This document shows positions 11,160-21,084 of a DNA stretch of 50,550 nucleotides, in pieces. Within the stretch, counting starts at the first letter, position 1, and the number at the start of each line of letters is the position of its first letter. The notes under the pieces were generated by a model. That model worked only from the letters and a program-made list of their open reading frames with translations, searched no databases and was not told the origin of the DNA. The stretch is from positions 1 to 50,550 of the forward strand of contig CASDQU010000074.1 in the NCBI GenBank assembly GCA_949282835.1. The letters are read 5' to 3'. Both the position numbers and the translations under genes were made by a program. The stretch comes from an uncultured Bacillota bacterium (GTDB taxonomy: Bacteria > Bacillota > Clostridia > Christensenellales > UBA1242).

Positions 11160-12623
11160 TTACCTCATTAGAGGGAACAAAACTGTATCTCTAATATTTG
11201 GAAGATCAAAAATAAACTGTACAAAACGATCAATTCCAAAACCAAGACCAGAAATAGGTGGCATACCATGCTCCATGGCTAGCAAGAAATCTTCATCTAC
11301 ATCCATAGTTTCATCGTCACCCATTGCTTTTTCAAGTAATTGCTTTTCAAGGAGTTCACGCTGCACTATTGGATCTACCAGCTCTGAATAAGCCTTAACA
11401 AGCTCTGCTCCACCTGCAACAATTTGGAAAACATCAATTATTCTCTCATCTTTATCATTGCGTCTTGCAAGAGGAATAAGCTGAGCTGGATAATTATAGA
11501 TAATAGTTGGATTAACTATTCCTTCGCGAATTTTGCGCTTGTAAATATAATCAATTAAAGTCCTAATAGATTTACATTCTTCAAGTTCACCATAGCCGTA
11601 TAATCCATTTTTTACAACCTTATCTTTAAAAGAATTTAAATCTGTTTCTGATAAGAAATCAAATCCTAAAATTTCTCTCATTTTTTCTACATAGTTTATT
11701 CTTGGCCAATCACTATCAAATTCGATGGTATTACCTTGGTATAACACCTGTGTTGTTCCAAGACATGATTTCAAAAGTTTAATTATCATATCATGGAAAA
11801 ACTTAATATTATCTTCATAATTCCAATAACTTGCATACCATTCTATTTGAGTAAATTCTTGCAAATGAGAAGGATCCATTCCTTCATTTCTAAAATCTTT
11901 GCCAAGTTCAAACACTCTATCAAAACCGGCACAAATGCACTGTTTAAGCCATGTTTCTTTGGCAATTCGCAAGTTGCATTCAATATTTAATGCGTTATGA
12001 TGAGTAAAGAAAGGTTTTGCACTTGCTCCCGACACACTTGTCTGTAAAACTGGAGTCTCAACCTCTAAAAATCCATTATCTTCAAGATATCGCCTTATAA
12101 ATGACTCAATTTTGCTTCGCGTCAAAAAAACTTGTCTTGACTTTTCGTTAGTGATAAGATCAAGATATCTTTGCCTATAAATAGTTTCTGTATCGCTAAG
12201 CCCATGAAATTTTTCTGGTAATGGACGGAGAGATTTTGAAAGTAAAACAACTTTTTCAGCTCTTACTGTGACTTCACCCGTTTGGGTAACATAAACTTCA
12301 CCCTCCACTCCTACAAAATCGGCTATATCAATCATCTTTTTGTAAAAATCATAAGCATTTTCATCAAGTTCATTTCTGCCAACAGATACTTGGATTTTTC
12401 CACCAAAATCTCTAATTTGAATAAATCCAAATTTGCCCATAACCCGCTTAAAAACAATTCTACCAGCAACCTTGACCTTCTCTCCAACCTTGTCTCTAGC
12501 TTCGCTAATAGTGCAAGTCCTTTCAAATTTCTCTTTATAAGGAATTTCGCCCATAGCTTTTAAATCTTCAATTTTCTTTCTTCTTATATCGACTTCATTA
12601 GATAAAATTTGTGTTTCTGCCAT
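11160..12623 (-). CDS. lysS: Lysine--tRNA ligase (class II)
   Basis: 487 aa with an OB anticodon-binding N-terminal domain, FRNEG, and GLGFGIDR (motif 3 region). Confidence 0.95.
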   Translation of the reverse strand: MAETQILSNEVDIRRKKIEDLKAMGEIPYKEKFERTCTISEARDKVGEKVKVAGRIVFKRVMGKFGFIQIRDFGGKIQVSVGRNELDENAYDFYKKMIDIADFVGVEGEVYVTQTGEVTVRAEKVVLLSKSLRPLPEKFHGLSDTETIYRQRYLDLITNEKSRQVFLTRSKIESFIRRYLEDNGFLEVETPVLQTSVSGASAKPFFTHHNALNIECNLRIAKETWLKQCICAGFDRVFELGKDFRNEGMDPSHLQEFTQIEWYASYWNYEDNIKFFHDMIIKLLKSCLGTTQVLYQGNTIEFDSDWPRINYVEKMREILGFDFLSETDLNSFKDKVVKNGLYGYGELEECKSIRTLIDYIYKRKIREGIVNPTIIYNYPAQLIPLARRNDKDERIIDVFQIVAGGAELVKAYSELVDPIVQRELLEKQLLEKAMGDDETMDVDEDFLLAMEHGMPPISGLGFGIDRFVQFIFDLPNIRDTVLFPLMR

Positions 12624-12725
12624 AAATAATTATTCTCCTATATAATTTTAACACCTCATTTTTCTCAATAAAAAAGAGATATAACTTATCTAATTTAAGT
12701 TATCATAATTTGCAAAATAAGTCAA

Positions 12726-13265
12726 TTATTTATATCTATTTTTGTAATAATTATAATTTTTATAAACTCTATTAATATAGTTTTTCGTTTCCTTAAAAGG
12801 TATTTTATCTAACCTTTTCCCATCTGAAGAAAATTCGCCATTTTTAAGCCACTGTCGAACATTTCCCAGACCAGCATTATAAGCACAAATAGCGGTTTTT
12901 TCATCATCAAACTGTGAAATTAAATATGAAATATAATAACTACCAAGTTTAATATTGTACTCGCCATCATATAGCATTTCTTCACTATATTGCTCATTGA
13001 TTTTACTAGCAATCCACTTTGCAGTAGATGGCATAAGTTGCATAATACCTACTGCACCCTTACTTGAGCATGCTCTTTCATTAAAATTACTCTCTGTATT
13101 TGCAATAGAAGCTATTAGCGCTGCATCAACTTGATATTCTAGTGAGTATTCATAAATTTCCTCTTTATATTTCATAGGATAAAAATAGGCATAAAAGCAG
13201 CCCACTAAATAAGTTAAAATAATAGCACAAACAACTAAACTAAAAATAGAAAAGAAAGCCCTCAT
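12726..13265 (-). CDS. Membrane-anchored lytic transglycosylase (SLT domain)
   Basis: N-terminal TM; ANTESNFN...GAVGIMQLMPSTA...AYNAG are SLT family motifs. Confidence 0.85.
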   Translation of the reverse strand: MRAFFSIFSLVVCAIILTYLVGCFYAYFYPMKYKEEIYEYSLEYQVDAALIASIANTESNFNERACSSKGAVGIMQLMPSTAKWIASKINEQYSEEMLYDGEYNIKLGSYYISYLISQFDDEKTAICAYNAGLGNVRQWLKNGEFSSDGKRLDKIPFKETKNYINRVYKNYNYYKNRYK

Positions 13266-13327
13266 GCTTTTATTTTATTAAATATTATAATAAAAATACA
13301 TTTCGCAAGCTTGTTAATTTAACATTA

Positions 13328-13585
13328 TTAAATTCTTTGAAAAATATAATTAAAGCCTTGTTTGGTAATTTTAAAAAATCCATAAAAAGAATAAAAAGGC
13401 TTTGTTTGTAAAAAAGATTGAGCAATAGATAGATTACCCTCATTAAACTTCACACTTATTCCACATGCCTGACCCGCTTCTTTAGGTGTGTTTATAATTT
13501 GGGCAGGCAATCTTTTTGATTTAAACATATTGAAAAAATATAAAGTTTCATTTCGTGATTTAAAAACCGCTAAAATATAATGCAT
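13328..13585 (-). CDS. DUF3343-type small protein (putative S/Se carrier-like)
   Basis: 85 aa; AVFKSRNETLYF...PKEAGQACGISVKF resembles the DUF3343 pattern. Divergent from a class V aminotransferase. Confidence 0.6.
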   Translation of the reverse strand: MHYILAVFKSRNETLYFFNMFKSKRLPAQIINTPKEAGQACGISVKFNEGNLSIAQSFLQTKPFYSFYGFFKITKQGFNYIFQRI

Positions 13586-13652
13586 ACTTCCCTCCTATAT
13601 GCACAAAAACCCCTCTATTGCACTATATTGTAAATATAAAGGAAAGTTTACT

Positions 13653-14804
13653 ATGATTTATTTAGATAATAGTGCCACCACTTATATTAAACCAAAAGAG
13701 GTTTTAAAGGCTGTAAACGACAGCTTAATTCACTATAGCGCAAATCCTGGCAGAAGTGGACATCAAGCAAGTATAAAAACAGCCCTTCAAATAGAAGAAA
13801 CAAGAGAAAATCTAGCTAAACATTTCAATATATCTTCACCAGAGCGTGTTATTTTCACTCATAATTGCACGCAAGCTTTAAACCTTGCAATACTAGGCTC
13901 TGCAAAACAAGATGGTCATGTCATATGCACTGAAAATGAACATAATTCAGTTTTACGGCCTCTTCAATATCTGAAAGATAAGAACATTATCGATTATAGC
14001 ATAGCATATCAAGAAAATTCTATAGGAATAACACTTCAAGACATAAAAAAACTTATAAGACCTAACACATACATGATTATTTGCAATCATATTTCAAATG
14101 TTAATGGAGATATCGCTAGTATAAAAGAAATTGGAGACTTTTGTTATAAAAATAAAATTATATTTCTCGTTGATGGAGCACAAAGTTGTGGACATATAAA
14201 AATAGATATGCAAGAAAATCATATTGATTATTTATCTGTAGCTGGTCATAAAGGATTTTATGCTCCTCAAAGCATTGGTGCTTTAATTATGAATGACAAA
14301 TATTCTCCTTCACCAATAATCTTTGGAGGCACTGGAACAAACAGTCTTGAGCTTTTTCAACCTGACATATTTCCTGAAAGACTAGAAAGCGGCACCATCT
14401 CAACGCCATTAATTTTAGGCTTAAACGCAGGATTGGAATTTGTAAAAAATAATTTTAACGAAATTAAAAATAAAATTGATGACCTGACAACATATCTTAA
14501 TTTTGAGCTCAATAAACTTGACGTTACTTGTTATACCGACCCTGAAAATAGTTTTGGTGTTGTGGCCTTTAATATTGATAATCTTGACTCAAACGAAGTA
14601 GCCACAATTCTTAATGAAAGATATAATATTTGTGTAAGAGGCGGATACCACTGCGCCCCAATTAAACATAAGGCTTTAGGTACTACCGCTCAAGGCGCTG
14701 TAAGAGCTTCTATTTCCTATTTTAATACCTTTAGCGAAATGCAGCGCTTAATTTACGCAATAAAACACATTAAACAAAATTATAATAAATATCAAAAACA
14801 CTAA
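13653..14804 (+). CDS. Class V aminotransferase / cysteine desulfurase family protein
   Basis: MIYLDNSATT start (RBS AAAGGAAAG upstream), PLP lysine in SVAGHKGFYAP, C-terminal GYHCAP. The ORF opens at 13599, but that N-terminal extension has no support. Confidence 0.88.
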   Translation: MIYLDNSATTYIKPKEVLKAVNDSLIHYSANPGRSGHQASIKTALQIEETRENLAKHFNISSPERVIFTHNCTQALNLAILGSAKQDGHVICTENEHNSVLRPLQYLKDKNIIDYSIAYQENSIGITLQDIKKLIRPNTYMIICNHISNVNGDIASIKEIGDFCYKNKIIFLVDGAQSCGHIKIDMQENHIDYLSVAGHKGFYAPQSIGALIMNDKYSPSPIIFGGTGTNSLELFQPDIFPERLESGTISTPLILGLNAGLEFVKNNFNEIKNKIDDLTTYLNFELNKLDVTCYTDPENSFGVVAFNIDNLDSNEVATILNERYNICVRGGYHCAPIKHKALGTTAQGAVRASISYFNTFSEMQRLIYAIKHIKQNYNKYQKH

Positions 14805-14881
14805 TTAATTACACTAATAGATAAAATATAAAGACAGTAAAACTAATTATATTTATATAACATAATAGCCTAAATTATTAT

Positions 14882-14918
14882 AAAAAACACTAGTATGCAA
14901 GACATACTAGTGTTTTGT
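14882..14918. terminator. Bidirectional terminator between the convergent desulfurase and pnp genes
   Basis: AAAACACTAGTATG-CAAGA-CATACTAGTGTTTT: perfect 14-bp stem with A and T runs on both sides. Confidence 0.75.
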
Positions 14919-14931
14919 TATTTCTATTATA

Positions 14932-17040
14932 TTATTCTTCAGGAGTTGTTTCTTTTGGTAAAATTCTCTTTAAATCAATTCTACCTTTATCATCTATTTT
15001 AATAACTTCAACTTCAATGATATCTCCAATTTTAACTGCATCTTCAACTTTAGCTACCCTCTTGTTAGAAAGTTTTGAAATGTGTATCATTCCTTCTTTG
15101 TTGCCTGCAAATTCAACAAAAGCTCCAAAATTCATAATTCTAACAACTTTAGCATCATAGACATCGCCCACCTCGACATCTTCTACAATTCCAAGAATTA
15201 TTTTCTTAGCTTTTTCAGCATTTTCCAAATCTTGAGAAGCAATGAATACCTGTCCGTCATCATTGATATCAATCTTAACGCCTGTCTCGTCTATAATCTT
15301 GTTTATTGTTTTGCCACCAGAGCCAATTACATCTTTAATCTTATCAGGGTCAATATTGAATGTGATAATCTTTGGAGCATATTTAGAAAGCGTAGGTCTA
15401 GGTTCTTTGATTTCGCTTAATAGCTTGTCCATTATAAACATACGACCTTCTCTAGCCTGTTTTAAAGCTGTAGTGAGTATTGCTTTATCAATACCTTTAA
15501 TTTTAATGTCCATCTGAATAGCTGTTACACCCTTTTCTGTACCTGTAACTTTGAAATCCATATCACCTAAGAAATCTTCTAGTCCTTGAATATCACTTAA
15601 TACAGCAACTTTTCCCGTTGTATCATCTTTAATAAGCCCCATAGCAATTCCTGCTACCGGTCTTTTAATAGGAACACCGCCATCCATTAAAGCAAGTGTT
15701 GAACCACATACCGAAGCCATTGACGATGAGCCATTTGAAGAAAGCACTTCTGATACAAGTCTTAAAGCATATGGAAATTCTTCTTCAGTTGGAATGACAG
15801 GCTCTAATGCGCGTTCTGCCAAAGCTCCATGCCCTATTTCACGCCTTCCTGGTACTTTAATTCCTCTTGCTTCTCCTGTTGCATAAGCTGGCATGTTATA
15901 ATGGTGAACATATCTGTTTACCTCTTCGTCATCAAGCCCGTCAAGTTTTTGCATGTCTGATACAGTACCTAGAGTAAGTGAGGTTAAAACTTGGGTCTGG
16001 CCTCTTGTAAAGATTGCACTTCCATGCGCTCTTGGTAATATACCTGTTTCACACCAAATAGGACGAATTTCAGTAAGTTTTCTTCCATCAGGTCTAACGC
16101 CTTCATTTAATATCTTTGCTCTAACCTTCTCCTTAGTCATTTTATATAAAACTTCACCTATAGCTTTTTCAGACTCAGGGAAAATTTCGGCAAAATGCTC
16201 TTTTGTCTCTTTGTCAACTTCATCTTGACGAGATTGTCTTTCATGCCTATCAAAAGTATCCAGCGCATGGTCAAGTAATTTATCAGCATATTCTCTTACA
16301 GCAGTATTAATCTCTTCTGGAACAATATCATAAATTAAATTTGCGTTGACTGGTTTTCCTATTTCAGCTTTAACTTCTTTTTGGAAAGCAACAATCTTTT
16401 TAATTTCCTCATGTGCAAACATTATAGCGTCTAACATGGTCTCTTCTGGAACTTCTTTTGCTCCTGCCTCCACCATAAGTACCGCCTCATCAGTCCCTGC
16501 AACTGTCAAATGAATAAGAGATTTTTCTCTTTCATCTGCATTTGGATTGATAATAAATTTACCATCAACAAGCCCAACTTGAACTGAACCGGTAGGTCCC
16601 ATAAAAGGTATGTCTGATATTGTCAAAGCAAAACTTGAGCCAAGCATTGCAAGTGGTTCAGGCGCAACATCAGGGTCTACCGATAAAGCGGTAGCAATTA
16701 CACATACATCGTGATAAAAACCTTTTGGAAATAGCGGTCTTAAAGGTCTATCAATCAATCTTGAAGTAAGAATGGCTTTATCTGAAGGTTTGCCCTCTCT
16801 CTTTTTAAAACCTCCTGGAATTTTGCCCACCGAATACATCTTCTCTTCAAAATCTACTTGAAGAGGAAAGAAATCTATTCCTGGTCTTGGCTGTTTAGAC
16901 ATGGTTACATTTACCATAACAACCGTTTCTCCACATCTAACAAGACAGCTTCCATTAGATTGTTCGCAAAGTCTGCCAGTTTCAAAACTAACTTCTTTGC
17001 CGCCTATATTCAATTTAAAAATCTTTGCATCTTCTTTCAT
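14932..17040 (-). CDS. pnp: Polyribonucleotide nucleotidyltransferase (PNPase)
   Basis: 702 aa with two RNase PH domains, a KH domain ([11 protein letters not shown]) and an S1 domain (NFGAFVEF). Downstream of rpsO. Confidence 0.97.
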   Translation of the reverse strand: MKEDAKIFKLNIGGKEVSFETGRLCEQSNGSCLVRCGETVVMVNVTMSKQPRPGIDFFPLQVDFEEKMYSVGKIPGGFKKREGKPSDKAILTSRLIDRPLRPLFPKGFYHDVCVIATALSVDPDVAPEPLAMLGSSFALTISDIPFMGPTGSVQVGLVDGKFIINPNADEREKSLIHLTVAGTDEAVLMVEAGAKEVPEETMLDAIMFAHEEIKKIVAFQKEVKAEIGKPVNANLIYDIVPEEINTAVREYADKLLDHALDTFDRHERQSRQDEVDKETKEHFAEIFPESEKAIGEVLYKMTKEKVRAKILNEGVRPDGRKLTEIRPIWCETGILPRAHGSAIFTRGQTQVLTSLTLGTVSDMQKLDGLDDEEVNRYVHHYNMPAYATGEARGIKVPGRREIGHGALAERALEPVIPTEEEFPYALRLVSEVLSSNGSSSMASVCGSTLALMDGGVPIKRPVAGIAMGLIKDDTTGKVAVLSDIQGLEDFLGDMDFKVTGTEKGVTAIQMDIKIKGIDKAILTTALKQAREGRMFIMDKLLSEIKEPRPTLSKYAPKIITFNIDPDKIKDVIGSGGKTINKIIDETGVKIDINDDGQVFIASQDLENAEKAKKIILGIVEDVEVGDVYDAKVVRIMNFGAFVEFAGNKEGMIHISKLSNKRVAKVEDAVKIGDIIEVEVIKIDDKGRIDLKRILPKETTPEE

Positions 17041-17109
17041 AAATTACTCCTTACTTAACCTTTATTAAAAAAGGGAACAAAAAAACATGCTCCCCCTATT
17101 AATTTAAAA

Positions 17110-17370
17110 TTATTTAACTTCACGAATTGAAAGTTCTTTGATAAGACTTCTATAAGCTTCAATATCTCTTTCTTTTAGGTAAAGTAAAAATCCTTTTCTC
17201 TTTCCAACCATTTGAAGTAATCCTCTTCTTGAATGATTGTCTTTAGGATTTTTCTTCAAGTGCTCTTGCAAATGATTAATTCTAGCAGTCAAAAGTGCAA
17301 CTTGAACTTGAACTGAACCTGTATCGTTTTCAGAAAGCTTAAATTTATCAATAATATCTTTCTTTTCCAT
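17110..17370 (-). CDS. rpsO: 30S ribosomal protein S15
   Basis: 86 aa; TGSVQVQVALLTARINHLQEHLKKNPKDNHSRRGLL. Confidence 0.96.
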   Translation of the reverse strand: MEKKDIIDKFKLSENDTGSVQVQVALLTARINHLQEHLKKNPKDNHSRRGLLQMVGKRKGFLLYLKERDIEAYRSLIKELSIREVK

Positions 17371-17461
17371 ACTGTCCCTCCTATTTATATTTTAACTCCT
17401 TAAGCGAAGCAAAGCGTCAGAAGGTCTCTTCATCACTGCGCAAAAGGTTATCGACTTTGTA

Positions 17462-17490
17462 AGTATAGCATGTTTTCAAAAATTTGTAAA
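17462..17490 (-). promoter_or_regulatory. Sigma-A type promoter of rpsO, leaving a 5' leader of about 85 nt
   Basis: Minus strand TTTACA, 17 nt, TATACT. The leader contains GC-rich pairing segments (GCGCAG...CTGACGC). An S15 autoregulatory role for it is only conjecture. Confidence 0.45.
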
Positions 17491-17586
17491 CAATTTTTTA
17501 ATTATTTATAAAATTTTTTATTGTCTTTCTGCTTGTTAAAATTTATTCTATCTAATCATTGACTTCATCATCATTTTACAACATTT

Positions 17587-18987
17587 TTATTTAAAAAATT
17601 TTCTCTTTTTTTCAATCATTTGGTCAATTCTTTCGATATAATCTTCGATGAATTTTGCATTTGGCTCTCTTGTAATTTTATTTTCAATATTATAAACGCG
17701 TTTACTAATTGCGCCTGCACCGACACCAATTATACTATTTGTTTCTTCCATACTATCTATATTAAATATGCACACATCCTCATCTCTATAATAACCGACA
17801 TTTTCAAGTCCACACAACTGATTTTTCTGTCTATAAAGATAATATGGTTTATAGCCCATCTCTTGCAATTTTGTTTGCGCAAAATTTACCATACTTATTG
17901 CATCTCGCTCGTTTAATTGTGGAGTGTCTTCTTTTAAAATAGCTCCATTTTTCAATGATAATGTATGAACTGTAACATTATTTGGATATAAATCTAAAAT
18001 TGTATTAATCGTCCTTTTAAAAATTCCCAATTTTTCTCCAGGAAGGCCTGCAATTATATCCATGTTGACCACAAAACCTTTTACCAAAGCAAGAGAATAT
18101 GCCGATAAAATCTGACTGTTTTTTTGTTTTCTACCAATTCTTTTTAAGGTTGCCTCGCAAAAAGTTTGAGGATTAATAGAAATTCTTGACACTCCATGTC
18201 TTTTCATTATGTCAAGTTTTTCTTCGGTAATAGTATCAGCCCGCCCACTTTCAACAGTAAACTCGCTCACTGGAAAATTAACCGCACTAAGCAACCTATC
18301 TAGTTGTTTTGCCGTTAAAACTGTTGGAGTGCCGCCACCTATATAGATAGTCCTAACAATATAGGCTTTATTTTTAATTATATCTTTTACCGCTTCCAAT
18401 TCTTTTAATAGACAATCTAAATAAACATTAATTTTATCTTTCACTTTGACAAGTTCATTTGAGATAAAAGAACAATAAGTGCATCTAGTAGGACAAATTG
18501 GAATGTTGATATATAAATCTACAAGGTTATCATTTCTTATTATACACTTTTGATTTTTTAATATGTTGCTTACAAGCTCCGCTTTTTCTTTTGAAAGATA
18601 ATAATCTCTTTGTAGAACCTCACTTATAAGATAATCTTTTGCCTCTCCATATTCTATTAAATCTCTAGCAAATTTTGTTGGTCTAACACCAGTCAAAGAA
18701 CCCCATGGCAATTTTTTGTTTAAAAGCGAAGACAAAATTAGATACAAATGATTTTTAACCATTCTTTTTCTATATGATTTTTGACGCAATAAAGAAAGCG
18801 ACAAATCTAATTTAAAAGAATACTGAAATTTCCTTTCTATATTCTTATATACCACTGTAAAACTATTTTGATAAAGCTCTACAACAGCAGTCTCAACATG
18901 TTCTATTTCTATTTGGTCTTTTACCGAAAATAGCTTCAAAAGGTCTTCTAAGTCGGTCAAATACTCTTCTTTATTAGTTTTAATCAT
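17587..18987 (-). CDS. Radical SAM protein, oxygen-independent coproporphyrinogen oxidase-like (HemN/HemZ family)
   Basis: 466 aa; CPTRCTYCSF (CxxxCxxC) and GGGTPT. ATGA overlap with the preceding RSH gene. Confidence 0.8.
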   Translation of the reverse strand: MIKTNKEEYLTDLEDLLKLFSVKDQIEIEHVETAVVELYQNSFTVVYKNIERKFQYSFKLDLSLSLLRQKSYRKRMVKNHLYLILSSLLNKKLPWGSLTGVRPTKFARDLIEYGEAKDYLISEVLQRDYYLSKEKAELVSNILKNQKCIIRNDNLVDLYINIPICPTRCTYCSFISNELVKVKDKINVYLDCLLKELEAVKDIIKNKAYIVRTIYIGGGTPTVLTAKQLDRLLSAVNFPVSEFTVESGRADTITEEKLDIMKRHGVSRISINPQTFCEATLKRIGRKQKNSQILSAYSLALVKGFVVNMDIIAGLPGEKLGIFKRTINTILDLYPNNVTVHTLSLKNGAILKEDTPQLNERDAISMVNFAQTKLQEMGYKPYYLYRQKNQLCGLENVGYYRDEDVCIFNIDSMEETNSIIGVGAGAISKRVYNIENKITREPNAKFIEDYIERIDQMIEKKRKFFK

Positions 18988-21083
18988 CCCTCGCTCCTTT
19001 GTACACTTATCACATTCTTTATATTTGTTAATGATTGTATCATTCCATCAAGTTCTTCTTTGTTTTTAACATCTACTATTAAAGTACAAACAAAACTTTC
19101 TTCTATTTCTTTTACATCTAGCCCCTTGATTGAAATTTTTAGATTGGCAATACTAGATGAAAATTTGGCAATATTGCTATCTCCTTTATCTGCAATTATT
19201 TTAATCACAGCAGCAAAAGTTGCATTCTCTCGTGGCTGCCATTTTGCTTCTATCAATCTTTCTGGTTCTAAATATTTTAAATTAGGACAAGTTTTTCTAT
19301 GAAGAGCAACCCCTTTGCCGCGTGAGATATAACCTATAATTTCATCTCCTTCAACTGGATTGCAACAGCCAGCAAATCGAACCAACATTCCGCTATCTCC
19401 ATCTATAAGCACCCCCTCTTTATTTCGCTTTAAATGCACAACAGAGTCTAGTTTAGGAAGCGCTTTACTTGTCTTATTAAACAGGTCTATCAACCTACTT
19501 ACCATAGACTGACCTGAAACAGAGCCAGAGCCTATAGCAGCATAAAATTCATCTAGATTATCAAAATTATACTTTCTAAAAACTTTATCTAAATATTCAT
19601 CTTTTAAAAGTTGTGATGTGATATAACCTCTATCTTGCACAGCTTGATTAAACATTGTCTTTCCAAGCTTAATATTCTCTTCTTTAAGCTCACTTTTAAA
19701 AAAGTTCTTTATCTTGCTTCTTGCCGAAGCTGTTTTAACATATTTTAGCCAATCTCTTGATGGCCCTTTAGAGTGAGAGTTAGTAATAATTTCAATAATA
19801 TCTCCATTACACATTTTAGTGGTAAGAGGCTTTAACTTCCCATTTATTTTAGCGCCCACACAGCTATTTCCTATATCGCTGTGAATGGCATAAGCAAAAT
19901 CTATGGCAGTAGAACCTTCTGGAAATTCAATAACTCTTCCTTTTGGTGTCTGGACAATAATTACGCCACTATACAAGTCACTCTTAAGTGTGTCAATAAA
20001 TTCTTGATTTGACATATTTTTAGCATTCTCTATTGTCTGCCTAAACCAAGTTAATCTATTATCAAAATCATCTTTTTTACTTTTCTTCTCTTTATAAAGC
20101 CAATGAGCATAGCCACCATATTCCGACTCTTCATTCATTTTCACCGTTCTTATTTGAATTTCAAGCGGATGCTGGTTTTCAACTATAACAGTTGTATGCA
20201 AAGACTTATATCCATTAGGTTTTGGATTTGCGATATAGTCTTTTACTCTTCCTTGCATAGGTTTATATATCGCATGAACTCTGCCAAGCACAGCATAACA
20301 CTCTTCAACCGTTGAAACAATAACACGCATGGCTAAGATATCATATATTTGGTCTAAAGTTAACTTTTTATTATGCAATTTGTTAAAGATTGAAGAGATA
20401 TGTTTTATTCTAGAAATGATTTGTCCGTCAATTTTCAAATCATCTAAAATAGCTTGCAACCGTCTATGAGTAGTTTCTAGCTGCTTTTCATTTTCCTCGC
20501 GTTGACTTTCTATAGCCATCTTTAATTTATAATATTCTTGAGGATATTCAAGCCTAACCACATTATCATAAAGATTTTGCTTAAGTTTATCAAGTCCCAA
20601 CCTTTCAGCTAGCGGCACATGAATTTCTTTGACTTGTTTAACAAAATTTTTTTGATTTTGATTTAAAGGTCGCTCTAAAACTGATATGTCATAATAAATG
20701 CCAGCAAGCTTAATTATAACAACTCGCATATCTTTGCTCATCACAATAAACATGCGCTTGACATCTTCTATTTCCTCGCTTAGAGTCAGTTGATTGATAT
20801 CTTTAATACTTTTAAAGTCTTCTACCATCATTTTTTCGTCATCATTCAATAATGATGTAAGCTGCTCTGCTTCTTGTGGAAACAACTTAAAAAGCTGATA
20901 GTATAAAAAGGCTATTACAGCCTCAAGTCCAAGCTTGCTATCAAGTATAACAGTTAAAATAGTTGCAATTCTCTCATAATTTAATTGATAAGACAGTACC
21001 TTAGCTATAAAACTATTTTCAGTTTTAGTTAAAGTAAAGGCATTATTTATTTTAGACAAAATATTTTCTTGAATTTGTGACAT
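18984..21083 (-). CDS. Long RelA/SpoT homologue: intact synthetase, TGS and ACT regions, degenerate hydrolase domain
   Basis: Synthetase YDILAMRVIV...GRVKDYIANPKPNGYKSLHTTV...EIQIRT...AHWLYKE; TGS IIVQTPKGRVIEFPEGSTAIDFAYAIHSDIG; zinc-like CCNP...HRKTCPN. HD-domain motifs are replaced (see findings). Confidence 0.9.
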   Translation of the reverse strand: MSQIQENILSKINNAFTLTKTENSFIAKVLSYQLNYERIATILTVILDSKLGLEAVIAFLYYQLFKLFPQEAEQLTSLLNDDEKMMVEDFKSIKDINQLTLSEEIEDVKRMFIVMSKDMRVVIIKLAGIYYDISVLERPLNQNQKNFVKQVKEIHVPLAERLGLDKLKQNLYDNVVRLEYPQEYYKLKMAIESQREENEKQLETTHRRLQAILDDLKIDGQIISRIKHISSIFNKLHNKKLTLDQIYDILAMRVIVSTVEECYAVLGRVHAIYKPMQGRVKDYIANPKPNGYKSLHTTVIVENQHPLEIQIRTVKMNEESEYGGYAHWLYKEKKSKKDDFDNRLTWFRQTIENAKNMSNQEFIDTLKSDLYSGVIIVQTPKGRVIEFPEGSTAIDFAYAIHSDIGNSCVGAKINGKLKPLTTKMCNGDIIEIITNSHSKGPSRDWLKYVKTASARSKIKNFFKSELKEENIKLGKTMFNQAVQDRGYITSQLLKDEYLDKVFRKYNFDNLDEFYAAIGSGSVSGQSMVSRLIDLFNKTSKALPKLDSVVHLKRNKEGVLIDGDSGMLVRFAGCCNPVEGDEIIGYISRGKGVALHRKTCPNLKYLEPERLIEAKWQPRENATFAAVIKIIADKGDSNIAKFSSSIANLKISIKGLDVKEIEESFVCTLIVDVKNKEELDGMIQSLTNIKNVISVQRSEG

Positions 21084-21084
21084 T

